Below, one piece after another: positions 30,476 to 40,648 of a DNA stretch of 64,000 nt. Positions within the stretch are counted from its first letter, which is position 1. Each line of letters starts with the position of its first letter. The position numbers and the translations under genes were made by a program. Source of the stretch: Anaerolineales bacterium (GTDB taxonomy: Bacteria; Chloroflexota; Anaerolineae; UBA1429); assembly GCA_046538105.1 (NCBI GenBank), contig JBKHJO010000008.1, positions 79-64,078 of the forward strand, given 5' to 3'. The notes beneath the pieces were generated by a model, which saw only the letters and a list, made by a program, of their open reading frames with translations, ran no database searches and was not told the origin of the DNA.

Positions 30476-31849
30476 TCAGTCACCGCTGGCTTCCGTCGTT
30501 GGGGTTGGCGTTGGAGCGGGCATCACGTCGATCTTGTCAGGGTTTTCTGCTTCTGTCGAAGAGCCTCCGGGTCCCTGCATCTCCACCAAAAGATCGCGCA
30601 GCGTGCTAAAGAAGGCGTCGAATTTCTCCACGGATTCCTCGACGGTGGCAAAGGCCTCCTCCAGATTGGCCAGGGATTCGCTGACGGCCTCTAATTCTTT
30701 TTCCGCGTCGCTCATGCGCGCGTTCAGTGTATCGATGGACTCGTTGACGCTCTCGCGCAGATCCTCGACGTCCGTGGAGAGGGTCGACAAGCCTTCCTGG
30801 ACTGCTGCGATCTCTTCCTGTGCCGCTTCGAGATCCTCCTCTGCTGCGGCAACCCTTCTCTCAAGGGCTTCCAGTTTCTCTATGCGGCGTTCCATCTCAT
30901 CGGCACGGACGGTCAACTCGTCGACGCGGTCCCAGGCTAGATCCTGATTCCTCTGCATGGTATTCATGTTTTGACTGAGGGCCTCAACCTGCTGGCGCGG
31001 CGCAAAGTCGACGGTGCCCGACCAGATGATGGCTACCACGAGGGTTAATACGACACCCAAGAGTCCGCCCAGTAATACGAGGAGGGCATTCTGCCAGAAC
31101 CGGTTTTGTCGATCCGGTTGTGTAGGTGCTGGCTGTGGCGCAGCCCTTTCTTCCTCAATCTCTTCCTCTGTGGCTTCTTTTTCGGGTGAGGGTACTTTTT
31201 CTGGCGAGGGTGCCTCCTCTTCCTCTTTGGCTGGCATCTCCTCTTCGATCTCTTCTTCGACTTCCTCGGAGGGCTCTTTCTCTCTTTCTGGAACGGGCAT
31301 CTCCTGCTCCAATTCTTCTGGGGTTTCCTCCTCAAGTTCCTTTTCCGCCTCCTCGGCCGAGGTGCGCCAGGCCTCCTCTTCCTCGGAGATATCAATCTCC
31401 TCGATCTCTTTGGCCGTCATATATTCGATGTCCTCTTCCCCTTCGGCTTCCTCAGCCTTTGAAAGGGTTTCCTGCGCTTCCTCGGCGGCTGGTTCCTCAA
31501 CGGGTGCGATATCCTCAATGTCCTCGGCTTCCACCTCCTCGACCATTTCTTGCTCTTCGCTTTTTTCTAAGGAGGTGGCCTCGTCCTCTTCGGTCGGCCC
31601 TTCCTCTCCCTGGCGCGCCGTTTCCACCGTCAGTTCCACGTCCATTTCCTCGAGCATACGGGGGCCGATGCCAGCCACCTCTGCCAGTTCCAAGGGCTCG
31701 GAAAATGGCCCGTGCTCCTGGCGGTAGGTCACGATGCGTTCAGCAAGAACTTGACCGATGCCGTCTATTTCGTCTCGCAGGGTTTCCACGGAGGCGGTGT
31801 TGATGTTCACCCGTTTCCTTTTCGGGGGGATGCCTTCCACGCTCGCCAT
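30476..31849 (-). CDS. ComEA-type helix-hairpin-helix DNA-binding protein with an acidic low-complexity linker, one TM segment and a C-terminal coiled coil
   Basis: The start is the ATG at 31847-31849 with AAGGAGG upstream. The N-terminal HhH reads VNINTASVETLRDEIDGIGQVLAERIVTYRQEHGPFSEPLELAEVAGIGPRMLEEM. The TM segment is FWQNALLVLLGGLLGVVLTLVVAIIW. Confidence 0.7.
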   Translation of the reverse strand: MASVEGIPPKRKRVNINTASVETLRDEIDGIGQVLAERIVTYRQEHGPFSEPLELAEVAGIGPRMLEEMDVELTVETARQGEEGPTEEDEATSLEKSEEQEMVEEVEAEDIEDIAPVEEPAAEEAQETLSKAEEAEGEEDIEYMTAKEIEEIDISEEEEAWRTSAEEAEKELEEETPEELEQEMPVPEREKEPSEEVEEEIEEEMPAKEEEEAPSPEKVPSPEKEATEEEIEEERAAPQPAPTQPDRQNRFWQNALLVLLGGLLGVVLTLVVAIIWSGTVDFAPRQQVEALSQNMNTMQRNQDLAWDRVDELTVRADEMERRIEKLEALERRVAAAEEDLEAAQEEIAAVQEGLSTLSTDVEDLRESVNESIDTLNARMSDAEKELEAVSESLANLEEAFATVEESVEKFDAFFSTLRDLLVEMQGPGGSSTEAENPDKIDVMPAPTPTPTTEASGD

Positions 31850-32000
31850 CTTTGACCTCCTTTGCCAACCTATAGGTGTGAAGACTAGAATGGGATAAAG
31901 GCAGGTGTACCTTCCCACTCGGGAACGTTGCCCTCTACATTTCCATTATATCATAGTTGTGAAGCCAGTGCATGCGTTGTGGCGCTGGAATTGCTTAAAA

Positions 32001-33038
32001 TCAACCCATTGTGCTTCGTTTCAGGCGGTGCCAGTTCGCGATGGGACTGAGAATGGATTCGACAGGAGTCTCCCTTTGCTCGGCGGGACCGATGACGTCC
32101 TCGTAGGGCACGTCCAGGATAGCGGCGATGGTGGTGGCCACCCCGTGGGACAAAACGCTGAGATCATAGCCCCCTTCCAGGGTATACACGATGCGTCCGT
32201 CGCACAGTTCTCGGGCCAACTGAGCCAGGGCATCGGCCATGTATCGGTAGCCAGAAAGAGAGAGGAGCATCCAGCCCAGTGGATCCGCCCAGTGGGCATC
32301 ATAGCCAGCGGACGAAAGGATGATGTCGGGTTCAAAGCGGCGCACGGCGGGGATGACGAGGCGTTGAAAGGCCTGTCTGTAGCCCGCGTCTCCGGTCTGT
32401 GCGGGAAGGGGGATGTTCACACAGGTATTCAGTCCATCCTTACTTCCCGTGGAGCGCCAGTCGCCCGTACCGGGGAACAGTGGGTGCTGATGTAGAGAGA
32501 CGTAAAGCACATCCGGATTCTGCTCAAAGGCCTGCTCGGTCCCATTGCCGTGATGAACGTCAAAGTCGACGATGGCAATGCGGGAGACATACTTGTTGGC
32601 CAGAGCCCACGCAGCGGCGATGGCCAGATTGTTGAACAGGCAAAAGCCCATGGCTCTCGTCCTAGTGGCATGATGGCCGGGCGGGCGTACGAGGGCATAT
32701 GCGCCGTCCAGGCCATGTAGCACCTCTCGCATGGCGGCGATGGTACCCCCTGCGGCGTACAGTGCGGCCTGGTAGGAGCCCCTGCTGACAAAGGTATCGG
32801 GATCGAAGGCCTGCCCTCCACTTTCGGCCATCTCGCGGATCTGTTCGATGAGGGAAGGCGAATGGATACGAGTCAGGTCTTCAAAGGAGGCTTTTTCGGC
32901 TTTGATGGCTTTCATCTTTTCCAGCAGGCCAGCATCGTCCAGGCGTTGCATGATGGCCAGCAGCCGCTTTGCCCTCTCGGGATGATCTCCGGTGTCATGC
33001 TCCAGAAATATGGGATCGTAAACATAGCCCACGTTCAT
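32001..33038 (-). CDS. Histone deacetylase-family (Zn-dependent deacetylase, AcuC/HDAC class) protein
   Basis: 345 aa ORF. Conserved blocks are VDFDVHHGNGTE, FCLFNN and the GGYDL region. Confidence 0.85.
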   Translation of the reverse strand: MNVGYVYDPIFLEHDTGDHPERAKRLLAIMQRLDDAGLLEKMKAIKAEKASFEDLTRIHSPSLIEQIREMAESGGQAFDPDTFVSRGSYQAALYAAGGTIAAMREVLHGLDGAYALVRPPGHHATRTRAMGFCLFNNLAIAAAWALANKYVSRIAIVDFDVHHGNGTEQAFEQNPDVLYVSLHQHPLFPGTGDWRSTGSKDGLNTCVNIPLPAQTGDAGYRQAFQRLVIPAVRRFEPDIILSSAGYDAHWADPLGWMLLSLSGYRYMADALAQLARELCDGRIVYTLEGGYDLSVLSHGVATTIAAILDVPYEDVIGPAEQRETPVESILSPIANWHRLKRSTMG

Positions 33039-33204
33039 ATGGCGTTTTACCCCCTGCTACCAGCAAGATCATTCACGGTCCGCCACCGCTCACTTATTAT
33101 ACTGCAGACATGGGAAGGTGTGAAGTATGAGATGTGTGGATCGTGACTTGCTAACATTGATTGGACTAGAATTGCTTATCTGGATTCAAAAGGGGAGATA
33201 ATCT

Positions 33205-33880
33205 TTGACCAGCAAAGTGGTGGTAAAGAGTAGGGCACAGAAGGACCTGGTCTCGGGCGTGCTTCCATGTCAGATTCTGGAACTGGCTCTGCCTTCCATC
33301 GCTGAGCAGGCGCTCTTTAGCACCATGGGGCCACTTGACGCCTTTTGGATGGGGAGTGTGAGCGAGATGGCCCTGGCCGCCGTGATCATGGGCACCACGT
33401 TACGGGTAGTGCTCATCAGTCCGATGATGGGCCTCTTGGCGGAGGGCATGGCCGTCGTGGCCCGGCATTGTGGGGCCGACGATGTCTGTCGAGCGGATCA
33501 CGCCACCATGCAGGCCATGCTCCTGATCGTCTTTTTTGTCATAGCCCTGGCTGTCTTGGGGCAGATTATGGGCCCAACCTTTCTCCGATGGATGGGCGCC
33601 AGGGGGTTCTGCGCGATGCCACGACCTATATTCGCATCGTCTTTGCAGGGCTGCACTTTATGGAGACGCTCCCCTCTGAACCGCGCCACTGACGGGGGCG
33701 TATCTCCCATAGTCATCGACATGGGGTCCCTGTGGCTCGTGCAGTTCCCTTTGAGTTGGTTGCTATCCAGACGGGGTTGGGGCATACAGGACTCTGGATG
33801 GGATTGACGATCAGTTATCTGGTAGGCGGGGTGATCATGACCCTCCGTTTCCGGTAGGGATACTGGAAGAAGATCAAGAT
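33205..33880 (+). pseudogene. MATE-family efflux transporter remnant with frameshifts and a large internal deletion
   Basis: Frame 1 encodes MATE TM1-3 (ELALPSIAEQALFSTMGPLDAFWMG...). Frame 3 continues with VLRDATTYIRIVFAGLHFMETL and then a stop. The C-terminal TM12 and tail (GLWMGLTISYLVGGVIMTLRFR) appear in yet another frame. About 250 codons of the middle are missing. Confidence 0.6.
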
Positions 33881-33918
33881 AGGCTGAGCAGGGGTACCCC
33901 AAGGCGAGATTCTTTTTT

Positions 33919-34862
33919 TCATGAGTGCTGTTCCAATACCTTGTCAAAGAGCCAGTAACTCCTATGGATGTGTGCGCCGACGGTTCGAGCATAGTAGTCG
34001 ATGGGCCCCGCCCAACCGATCTCCGCACGATTATCGCCCCGCGTTCGCATGCTTTGCAGACATCTTTTCAAAAGGGTGCTGCCAATGCCCCGGTGGCGAT
34101 GGCCGGGATGCGTCCCTGTGGGTCCAAACCGTGAGATTCCCGTCACGTCATAAGCGGCAAAGGCGATGTAACGGCCGTGCTTGAGGGCCACGAACAGGGG
34201 GGGAGGCGAAAGCGGCTGCTAGCCTCGACCTCCGCTCGCCATATGGTGGAAAAGTGTCTTTCGACAAAAGCCGCCACCTCTTCTATCTCATCGTCGGTGG
34301 CCCGCCGCAGCAGGATGCCGTCTCCTGCCAATTCTGCCTCGACATCTGCGGTATCGAGATCGGCGGCCCGTAGATCGACGGTCATATCCACGCGGCTTTT
34401 TCGGTCGGTCTCGTATCCTCGCTGCAGGAGAAAAGAGACCGCCGCCGTATCACGCACCGGGACGCCGGTACAAAAGTAGTTTGGCGCCACACCACCCACG
34501 ACCACCTTGGAAGCCCCCCGTTCGTAAAAGCGCGCTTCCATCTCCTCAAAGATGGCGGAGGCGATCCCCGCCCGGCGATGGGCCGCGGCCACGCCGAACA
34601 GCTTGATGACACCATGCCCGCCGCGCAGACAGCCAAAGCAAAAGCCGACGATCTGTTGCTCTCTCGCCGCAACCAAGCAGGTCTCTGGGAGACAGGTTGG
34701 GTCATCTTGCGTATGGTAGCGCAGCCATTCCACGTCCAGGCAAAGCCTGCCGCTCGCCTGCTGAGCCAGGGGCAATATGCTTTGACAATCTTTTGAGCGC
34801 ACCTGGCGAAGGTTGCATTTGTATCCGTTCCTATCTTCCCCTTGCCCCTTTTTCACGTTCAC
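33919..34862 (-). CDS. Tandem-GNAT N-acetyltransferase (MshD-like two-domain architecture) with an apparent frameshift
   Basis: The 239-aa ORF (34862 to 34143) carries GNAT motif A (GVAAAHRRAGIASAIFEEM). The overlapping 90-aa ORF (34191 to 33919) carries a second motif A (VHPGHRHRGIGSTLLKRCL). The two frames overlap by about 49 nt at 34143-34191. Confidence 0.5.
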
Positions 34863-34863
34863 T

Positions 34864-37635
34864 CTAGGTTTTAGCCCTCTGGCTCTGGATCATCTTGACC
34901 ATCTCTACCGCTACAAAGACGATGGAACTGAAAGCGAGACTGATGCCCAGTTGCTCCAACGTTAAGGGGCTTGTGTCAAAGATGGTCTGCATAAAGGGAA
35001 CGTAGATCACGGCCAACTGGAGCACAAGGGTCAGGGCCACTGCTCCTAGCAAGGCGGGATTGGTGAAGAGACCCAACTGAATGAGTAGCAACCGATCCGA
35101 GCGGATGGCAAGAGCATTTCCCATTTGGGCCAGGGCCAGGGTGGTGAAGACCATGGTGCGCCATGTACCACCGGCAAGATCCACTTCGGGACTGGCAGCG
35201 AGGAACTGCGGCAGCAGGGCCACGATCCCCATCAACGGCCCCACCCAGAGAATGTAGGTGCCGAGGCCGCGGGCCAGGACGCTCTCATTGGGGGAATGGG
35301 GAGGACGTTCCATGATGTCCGGCGCCGAGGGTTCCACCCCCAAAGCCAGTCCAGGCAGACCATCCGTCACCAGGTTGATCCACAGGATCTGGATAGCGTT
35401 TAGAGGGATAGACAAGCCAAGGAGCGGAGCGATCAGCATGACCAGGATCTCTCCTACATTGCTCGACATCGTATATTTGACGAACTTGCGAATATTCTCA
35501 TAGATGGTGCGCCCTTCTTCCACTGCCTTGACGATGGTGGCAAAATTGTCATCCAAGAGGATCATCTTGGAGGCTTCTTTGCTCACGTCAGTTCCCGTGA
35601 TGCCCATGGCCACGCCGATATCGGCACGTTTGAGGGCCGGCGCGTCGTTCACCCCGTCGCCCGTCATGGCCACGAAATGCCCCTTATCCTTCAGAGCCTC
35701 CACGATCTTGACTTTATCCTCTGGATTGACCCTCGCATAGACGGCCACCTGCTCCACGATGTCTTCCAGTTCCCGTACGCTCATGCGTGCCAATTCTCGC
35801 CCTGTGAGAACGCGATCCTGCCCCTCTTGTACGATTTCCAGATCTCGCGCGATATTCAAAGCCGTCAGGGGGTGATCTCCGGTGATCATCACCGGCCGGA
35901 TGCCTGCAGCGCGACACTCTTGCACTGCATCATGGACCTCGGGGCGAGGAGGATCTATCATGCCCGTCAATCCTACAAAGAGGAGGTTCTTTTCTATCGT
36001 TGATTCGTCTATCTTTTCGGGCAGCGTGTCGAGCAGTTTGATGGCAACGCTCAGAACGCGTATCCCTTTTCCGGCGAGTTTGTCGTTCGCATTCTCAATA
36101 CGCTTTCGCCACTCATCGTCCAACACTTCGGTCTCGCCGTTATTCCACACGCGGTCGGAGATCTCCAAGAGACCGTCGGTGGATCCTTTGGTAAAGACGA
36201 TATACGACGACTCCGGGAGGTGCGATAAGCAATGCAGCCCGTTCTCTTTGTTGCATTCTTCCTCTGGAGGTCTTTCATGTACGGTGCTCATGCGTTTGCG
36301 TGCCGACTCAAAGGGCACCTCTCCAGCGCGAGGCATGAGGCGATCCAGTTCTCGCTTCCACATGCCCATGCGGGCCGCGACGACGAGGAGGGCTCCTTCG
36401 GTGGGATCCCCGACTGTGTGGTAGCCTCCCATCTCATCCTCGTCAGATTCCAGGGTGGCATCGTTGCAGAGTGCTCCGCCGGCCAGCAAAAGGGCAATGT
36501 CCGGATCGGGCTGCCCCAGGGGAGCCTCATTCGGCGAGAGGACAGCCCCCGTTCGCTGCATCTCTGTTTCGATGTCCATAGACTGCCCCGCCACGTCAAG
36601 GGCTGTCACCGTCATGCGGTTTTCGGTGAGCGTGCCCGTTTTGTCGGAGCAGATGGTGGTTACGGAGCCCAGAGTTTCCACGGCCGGCAGTTTGCGGATG
36701 AGGGCGTTGCGTCGCACCATACGTTGCGCCCCCAGGGCCAGGGAGATGGTGACGACGGCAGGGAGCCCCTCAGGGACGGCGGCTACGGCCAGGCTGATGG
36801 CGGTGAGAAACATTTCGGTCAGTCCGGCGCCTCGCCAGACGCCTACGCCAAAGACGATGCCAGTGATGACCAGAGCACCCGTGGCCAACCATTTGCTCAG
36901 TTCGGCCATCTTTTGTTGCAATGGTGTCTTTTCCTCGGTGACCGTCTGTAGCAGATCGGCGATGTTGCCCAGTTCGGTGTCCATTCCCGTCTCTACAACC
37001 ACGCTCGTGCCCCGACCATAGACTACGTTGGTGCCCATAAAGGCCATATTGCGCCGATCGCCGATGGCCAGTTCCTCTTCCTCGAGAGCCTTGGTCACCT
37101 TGTCCACGGGGACGGACTCGCCCGTCAGTGCGGCCTCCTGGGTGCGGAGGTTGGCAGATTCTAGGAGGCGCACGTCCGCCGGGACGCGTGCGCCGGCTTC
37201 CAGGAGGACGATGTCGCCGGGCACGAGTTCTGTCGATTCGATCTCGTGCACGCTGCCCCCTCTACGGATTCTTACCGTGGGGACGGCGAGTTCCTTCAGG
37301 GCCGCCATGGCTCTTTCTGCCCGGTATTCCTGCGTAAAACCCAGGATGGCGTTGAGGGCGACGATGATCATGATCATGATACTGTCAGTTATCTCCCCGA
37401 CGCCAAAGGAGATAGCCGCTGCCACAAGCAGCACGATGACCATGACTTCGGTGAATTGGCTGGCCATGATGTGCCAGGGGCTGCGCCCCCGCCGTTCCTC
37501 AAGTTCGTTGGGGCCGTATTCCTCGAGGCGCCTTTGCGCCTCCTTTACAGACAATCCCTCTCTTTGTGTGTTCAGTCGCTCCAAGACCTGTTCCGTCGTT
37601 TGCCTGTGCCAGTCAACCATGTCACCTTTCCTCAT
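34864..37635 (-). CDS. Cation-transporting P-type ATPase (type IIA, Ca2+-ATPase-like)
   Basis: 923 aa ORF. The phosphorylation motif is CSDKTGTLT. The TGES motif (LTGESVPV), the TGD / GDGVNDAPALK motifs and 10 predicted TM segments are present. Confidence 0.92.
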   Translation of the reverse strand: MRKGDMVDWHRQTTEQVLERLNTQREGLSVKEAQRRLEEYGPNELEERRGRSPWHIMASQFTEVMVIVLLVAAAISFGVGEITDSIMIMIIVALNAILGFTQEYRAERAMAALKELAVPTVRIRRGGSVHEIESTELVPGDIVLLEAGARVPADVRLLESANLRTQEAALTGESVPVDKVTKALEEEELAIGDRRNMAFMGTNVVYGRGTSVVVETGMDTELGNIADLLQTVTEEKTPLQQKMAELSKWLATGALVITGIVFGVGVWRGAGLTEMFLTAISLAVAAVPEGLPAVVTISLALGAQRMVRRNALIRKLPAVETLGSVTTICSDKTGTLTENRMTVTALDVAGQSMDIETEMQRTGAVLSPNEAPLGQPDPDIALLLAGGALCNDATLESDEDEMGGYHTVGDPTEGALLVVAARMGMWKRELDRLMPRAGEVPFESARKRMSTVHERPPEEECNKENGLHCLSHLPESSYIVFTKGSTDGLLEISDRVWNNGETEVLDDEWRKRIENANDKLAGKGIRVLSVAIKLLDTLPEKIDESTIEKNLLFVGLTGMIDPPRPEVHDAVQECRAAGIRPVMITGDHPLTALNIARDLEIVQEGQDRVLTGRELARMSVRELEDIVEQVAVYARVNPEDKVKIVEALKDKGHFVAMTGDGVNDAPALKRADIGVAMGITGTDVSKEASKMILLDDNFATIVKAVEEGRTIYENIRKFVKYTMSSNVGEILVMLIAPLLGLSIPLNAIQILWINLVTDGLPGLALGVEPSAPDIMERPPHSPNESVLARGLGTYILWVGPLMGIVALLPQFLAASPEVDLAGGTWRTMVFTTLALAQMGNALAIRSDRLLLIQLGLFTNPALLGAVALTLVLQLAVIYVPFMQTIFDTSPLTLEQLGISLAFSSIVFVAVEMVKMIQSQRAKT

Positions 37636-37708
37636 CAGAAGACTAATCGGGAGTCCTTTTCTCCCGGATGGCCGTCATCAGCAATATGTATGATCGAATT
37701 TCTTTGGG

Positions 37709-38587
37709 CTAGTCCATGTCGTTTCGCACGTGACCGTCCACCCAGTATAGATGATATGGGGGAGAGGTCTCTTTCAGGAGTCTCTTGGTGATGCGCTGGA
37801 AATGTGAGGGGTCTCCCGTCGTCGCAAAGATAATCTTTCTCGATCCTTTCTCGTTTCCTGTGCCTCTTATATCGAGTATCTGTGCTGTCCGCCGGGCGAT
37901 GGCGCCACTGGGTTCGAGTAGGCTGACATCGTCACTGACCATCTGCCTGATTGTGGGGATGAGGAACGCATAGTGGGTGCAGCCCATCACCAGCGTATCT
38001 GCTCCCGCTTCCAACAGGGGGGTGATATAGTTGCGCAGTAAAGTCCTGGTGTGTGGGGCGTCGAGAGCGCCGTCCTCGACACATTCCACCAGTTCATGGC
38101 AAACCTGGGCCATCACCCGTGCCCCTTGACCGTGGCGCCGCACCACGTCTTTGTACAGTCGTCCCTGAAACGTGCTCGCCGTGGCCAAGACGCCTACTAC
38201 TCCCGTCTCTGTGAGTTGTGCTGCCGGTTTGACAGCGGGAACCATCCCCACAAAGGGGATCTTGGGGAAGGTGGCGCGCAGATGAGAGAGGGCTGCGGCG
38301 GACGCCGTATTGCAGGCCACGACGATCAGTTTTGTCTTCTGTTGGACGAGATACCGGACAATGCCCTCGCTCAGGCGACGGATCTCTTGGACCGGGCGCG
38401 CACCGTAGGGGCAGTGGATGCCGTCGGCTACGTAAAGAAAGGACTCGTAAGGCAGTTTTCGTGCAAGGGCGCGAAGAATAGAGAGCCCCCCCACGCCCGA
38501 GTCGAATACGCCGATGGGACCCTCTATTCCAGAATGCCGCTCATGTCGAGTTGTATCTTTTTCGAGGTCGGTGCCCCTTTGTGGCAT
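37709..38587 (-). CDS. murI: Glutamate racemase
   Basis: 292 aa ORF. Conserved blocks are IGVFDSGVGGLSI, VVACNTAS and GCTHY. Confidence 0.88.
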   Translation of the reverse strand: MPQRGTDLEKDTTRHERHSGIEGPIGVFDSGVGGLSILRALARKLPYESFLYVADGIHCPYGARPVQEIRRLSEGIVRYLVQQKTKLIVVACNTASAAALSHLRATFPKIPFVGMVPAVKPAAQLTETGVVGVLATASTFQGRLYKDVVRRHGQGARVMAQVCHELVECVEDGALDAPHTRTLLRNYITPLLEAGADTLVMGCTHYAFLIPTIRQMVSDDVSLLEPSGAIARRTAQILDIRGTGNEKGSRKIIFATTGDPSHFQRITKRLLKETSPPYHLYWVDGHVRNDMD

Positions 38588-38663
38588 TCCACCTCCTGAG
38601 GCAGGGTTGATTCTGTTAAAGACTTGATACCGTCAGGATTTCAAGGGTTGGAACTCCTCCGCG

Positions 38664-39647
38664 CTAGTATTCGCGGTCGTAGACGGGATCTTTGCCCACC
38701 CAGCGCCCCGAGGGGAGGGCGGGAATGGCCTCGCGCTCCTCTGGCCTCAGGTCGATCTCCAATCCACCCAGGGTATCGTTGAGTTGCCCTAGAGTTCGCG
38801 CCCCCACGATGGGGCAGGTGACGCGGGGCTCCCCAAGCACCCAGGCCAGGGCCAGTTGCGCGGGGGTGACGCCCCTTTCCTCGGCGGCCTGGACAAAGGC
38901 GTCCACGGTGTCCATGGCCCGTTCCGTATAGTAGCGGTCATAGTAGCTGTCAAAGGCCTCCAGACGGGCCCCCTTGGGCATGGACGCTCCACGCTTGTAC
39001 TTGCCCGTGAGCATGCCGCCAGCCAGGGGGTTGTATGTGATCACGCCCAGACCTTCCTCCTTACAGAGGGGGAGAATCTCGTTCTCGATGCCGCGATTAA
39101 GGGCATTGTAAATGGGCTGGATGCTGATGAATCGCGACCAGTTGTTCTTCTCCGATACGTGCAGAAACCTGGACAACTGCCAGCCTTTTAAATTCGAGCA
39201 GGCGATGTAACGTACTTTGCCCTGTCGCACCAGATCGTTCAATGTCTCCATGGTCTCCTCGACGGGTACGTCTGGATCCCAGCGGTGAATCTGATAGATG
39301 TCGATCACGTCGGTCTGCAGGCGTCTGAGGCTGTCTTCCACGGCCTTTTGGACATGTATCCTGGACAGGCCCCCATCATTGGGGTTTGGTCCCATGACCG
39401 AATAGACCTTGGTGGCCAGTATGACCTTGTCTCGAACGCCTCGTTTCTTGATCCACCGTCCCACAACCTTTTCAGAGCCTCCCTGGGAGTACTGGTCGGC
39501 GGTGTCCAAGAAATTGCCGCCCAGTTCCATGTAGCGGTCCATAAGTTTGAAAGAGGTCTCCTCGTCTGCTTCCCGTCCAAAAGTCATGGTGCCCAGACAG
39601 ACACGTGAAACTTTGAGTCCCGAACTACCAAGATTTACAATCTCCAT
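38664..39647 (-). CDS. Aldo/keto reductase
   Basis: 327 aa ORF. Reads LGSSGLKVSRVCLGTMTFG...D and carries the AKR catalytic tetrad context. Confidence 0.85.
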   Translation of the reverse strand: MEIVNLGSSGLKVSRVCLGTMTFGREADEETSFKLMDRYMELGGNFLDTADQYSQGGSEKVVGRWIKKRGVRDKVILATKVYSVMGPNPNDGGLSRIHVQKAVEDSLRRLQTDVIDIYQIHRWDPDVPVEETMETLNDLVRQGKVRYIACSNLKGWQLSRFLHVSEKNNWSRFISIQPIYNALNRGIENEILPLCKEEGLGVITYNPLAGGMLTGKYKRGASMPKGARLEAFDSYYDRYYTERAMDTVDAFVQAAEERGVTPAQLALAWVLGEPRVTCPIVGARTLGQLNDTLGGLEIDLRPEEREAIPALPSGRWVGKDPVYDREY

Positions 39648-39705
39648 GCTTCATTCCTCCCGACGTTTCAGCGAAGCGGTAAACGAATCGACGGAGCCGC
39701 GCCCC

Positions 39706-40506
39706 TCATGCCTCGAGGGGATCGCAGCCCGCGTGCCGCAGTGTTTCGTGATAATTCTCCACGGCGTTGTATATGTTCCGTTTGATATAATTATTTTCCC
39801 GTTCCAGTTGTCGTAACACCTTTCGTACCGAATGGCGTTTCGACTTGTAACTCTCGGGGCATCGTTCCCCTTCTATGGGGAACCCGCTGGCCTTTACAAA
39901 GGGGATGATGTCTCGCTGCTCCACAAAGGCCAAGGGGCGGATGATGATCAGGGTGCCCTCGAAAAAGCCCACCCGAGGTTCCATGCGCTCGATGCGCCCG
40001 CTGTAAAATAGGTTCATGAGGGTGGTTTCGGCGATGTCGTCCGCATGATGCCCAAAGGCCAGTTTGTTGCATCCCAGTCGGTCGGCCATCTCGAATAAAG
40101 CCTTGCGTCGGTTCCACGTACAGCGGAAGCACTTGGTGCCGTCTATCTCTTCGAGTTCGTCGGCGATCTCGATCTCCTCAGTGACCAGGGGAATATCGTG
40201 GCCCTCGCACCAGTCCTTCAGCCACGCCTCTGGCACCGCCGCGCCGCATTGGGTGTCCATGCGCACATGCCCGGCCACAAGAGTGTAGGACTCGCGGGCC
40301 GTGCGTCGACGGCGACGCAACAGATCCAGCAGGGAGAGGCTGTCCTTCCCCCCGGACACGGCCACCAGGATGGTATCGTCATCGTCGAACATGTGAAAAC
40401 GTCGATCCGCCTTGTTCACCGACTTGAGGAGATAGTAGGCCTGTTTGTCGGCTCGCCTTGGGTTACTTATCATTTGTTCACTCATTGTGTGCACATGATA
40501 CAACAA
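39706..40506 (-). CDS. ttcA: tRNA 2-thiocytidine(32) synthetase TtcA-like PP-loop ATPase
   Basis: 266 aa ORF. The PP-loop is SGGKDS. The CxxC pairs are CFRCTW and GERCPES. Confidence 0.7.
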   Translation of the reverse strand: MLYHVHTMSEQMISNPRRADKQAYYLLKSVNKADRRFHMFDDDDTILVAVSGGKDSLSLLDLLRRRRRTARESYTLVAGHVRMDTQCGAAVPEAWLKDWCEGHDIPLVTEEIEIADELEEIDGTKCFRCTWNRRKALFEMADRLGCNKLAFGHHADDIAETTLMNLFYSGRIERMEPRVGFFEGTLIIIRPLAFVEQRDIIPFVKASGFPIEGERCPESYKSKRHSVRKVLRQLERENNYIKRNIYNAVENYHETLRHAGCDPLEA

Positions 40507-40648
40507 GTAGGAGCAGGAGGCAATTGGACTTGATCGTTTTGGAGAAGATCTGTACTTCTTTTGGACAGTGGTAGTCTGGTCTGCCTTTATTCTATCCGCC
40601 TCTTGTGTTATAGTTTTGGAAGAGGCGATTGGATGGAGGGAGCTAACA

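Noticed and set aside
31014-31803. Several 110-240-aa ORFs (Ser-rich, Arg/Lys-rich or Pro-rich) on both strands
   Set aside because: These are alternate-frame readings of the purine-rich repeat that encodes the acidic linker of the ComEA-like protein. They are not separate genes and not a CRISPR array, because they lack spacer-repeat periodicity.
33345-33807. Separate small ORFs of 115 and 200 aa in the 33.2-33.9 kb interval
   Set aside because: Better explained as fragments of one degraded MATE transporter gene than as independent genes.
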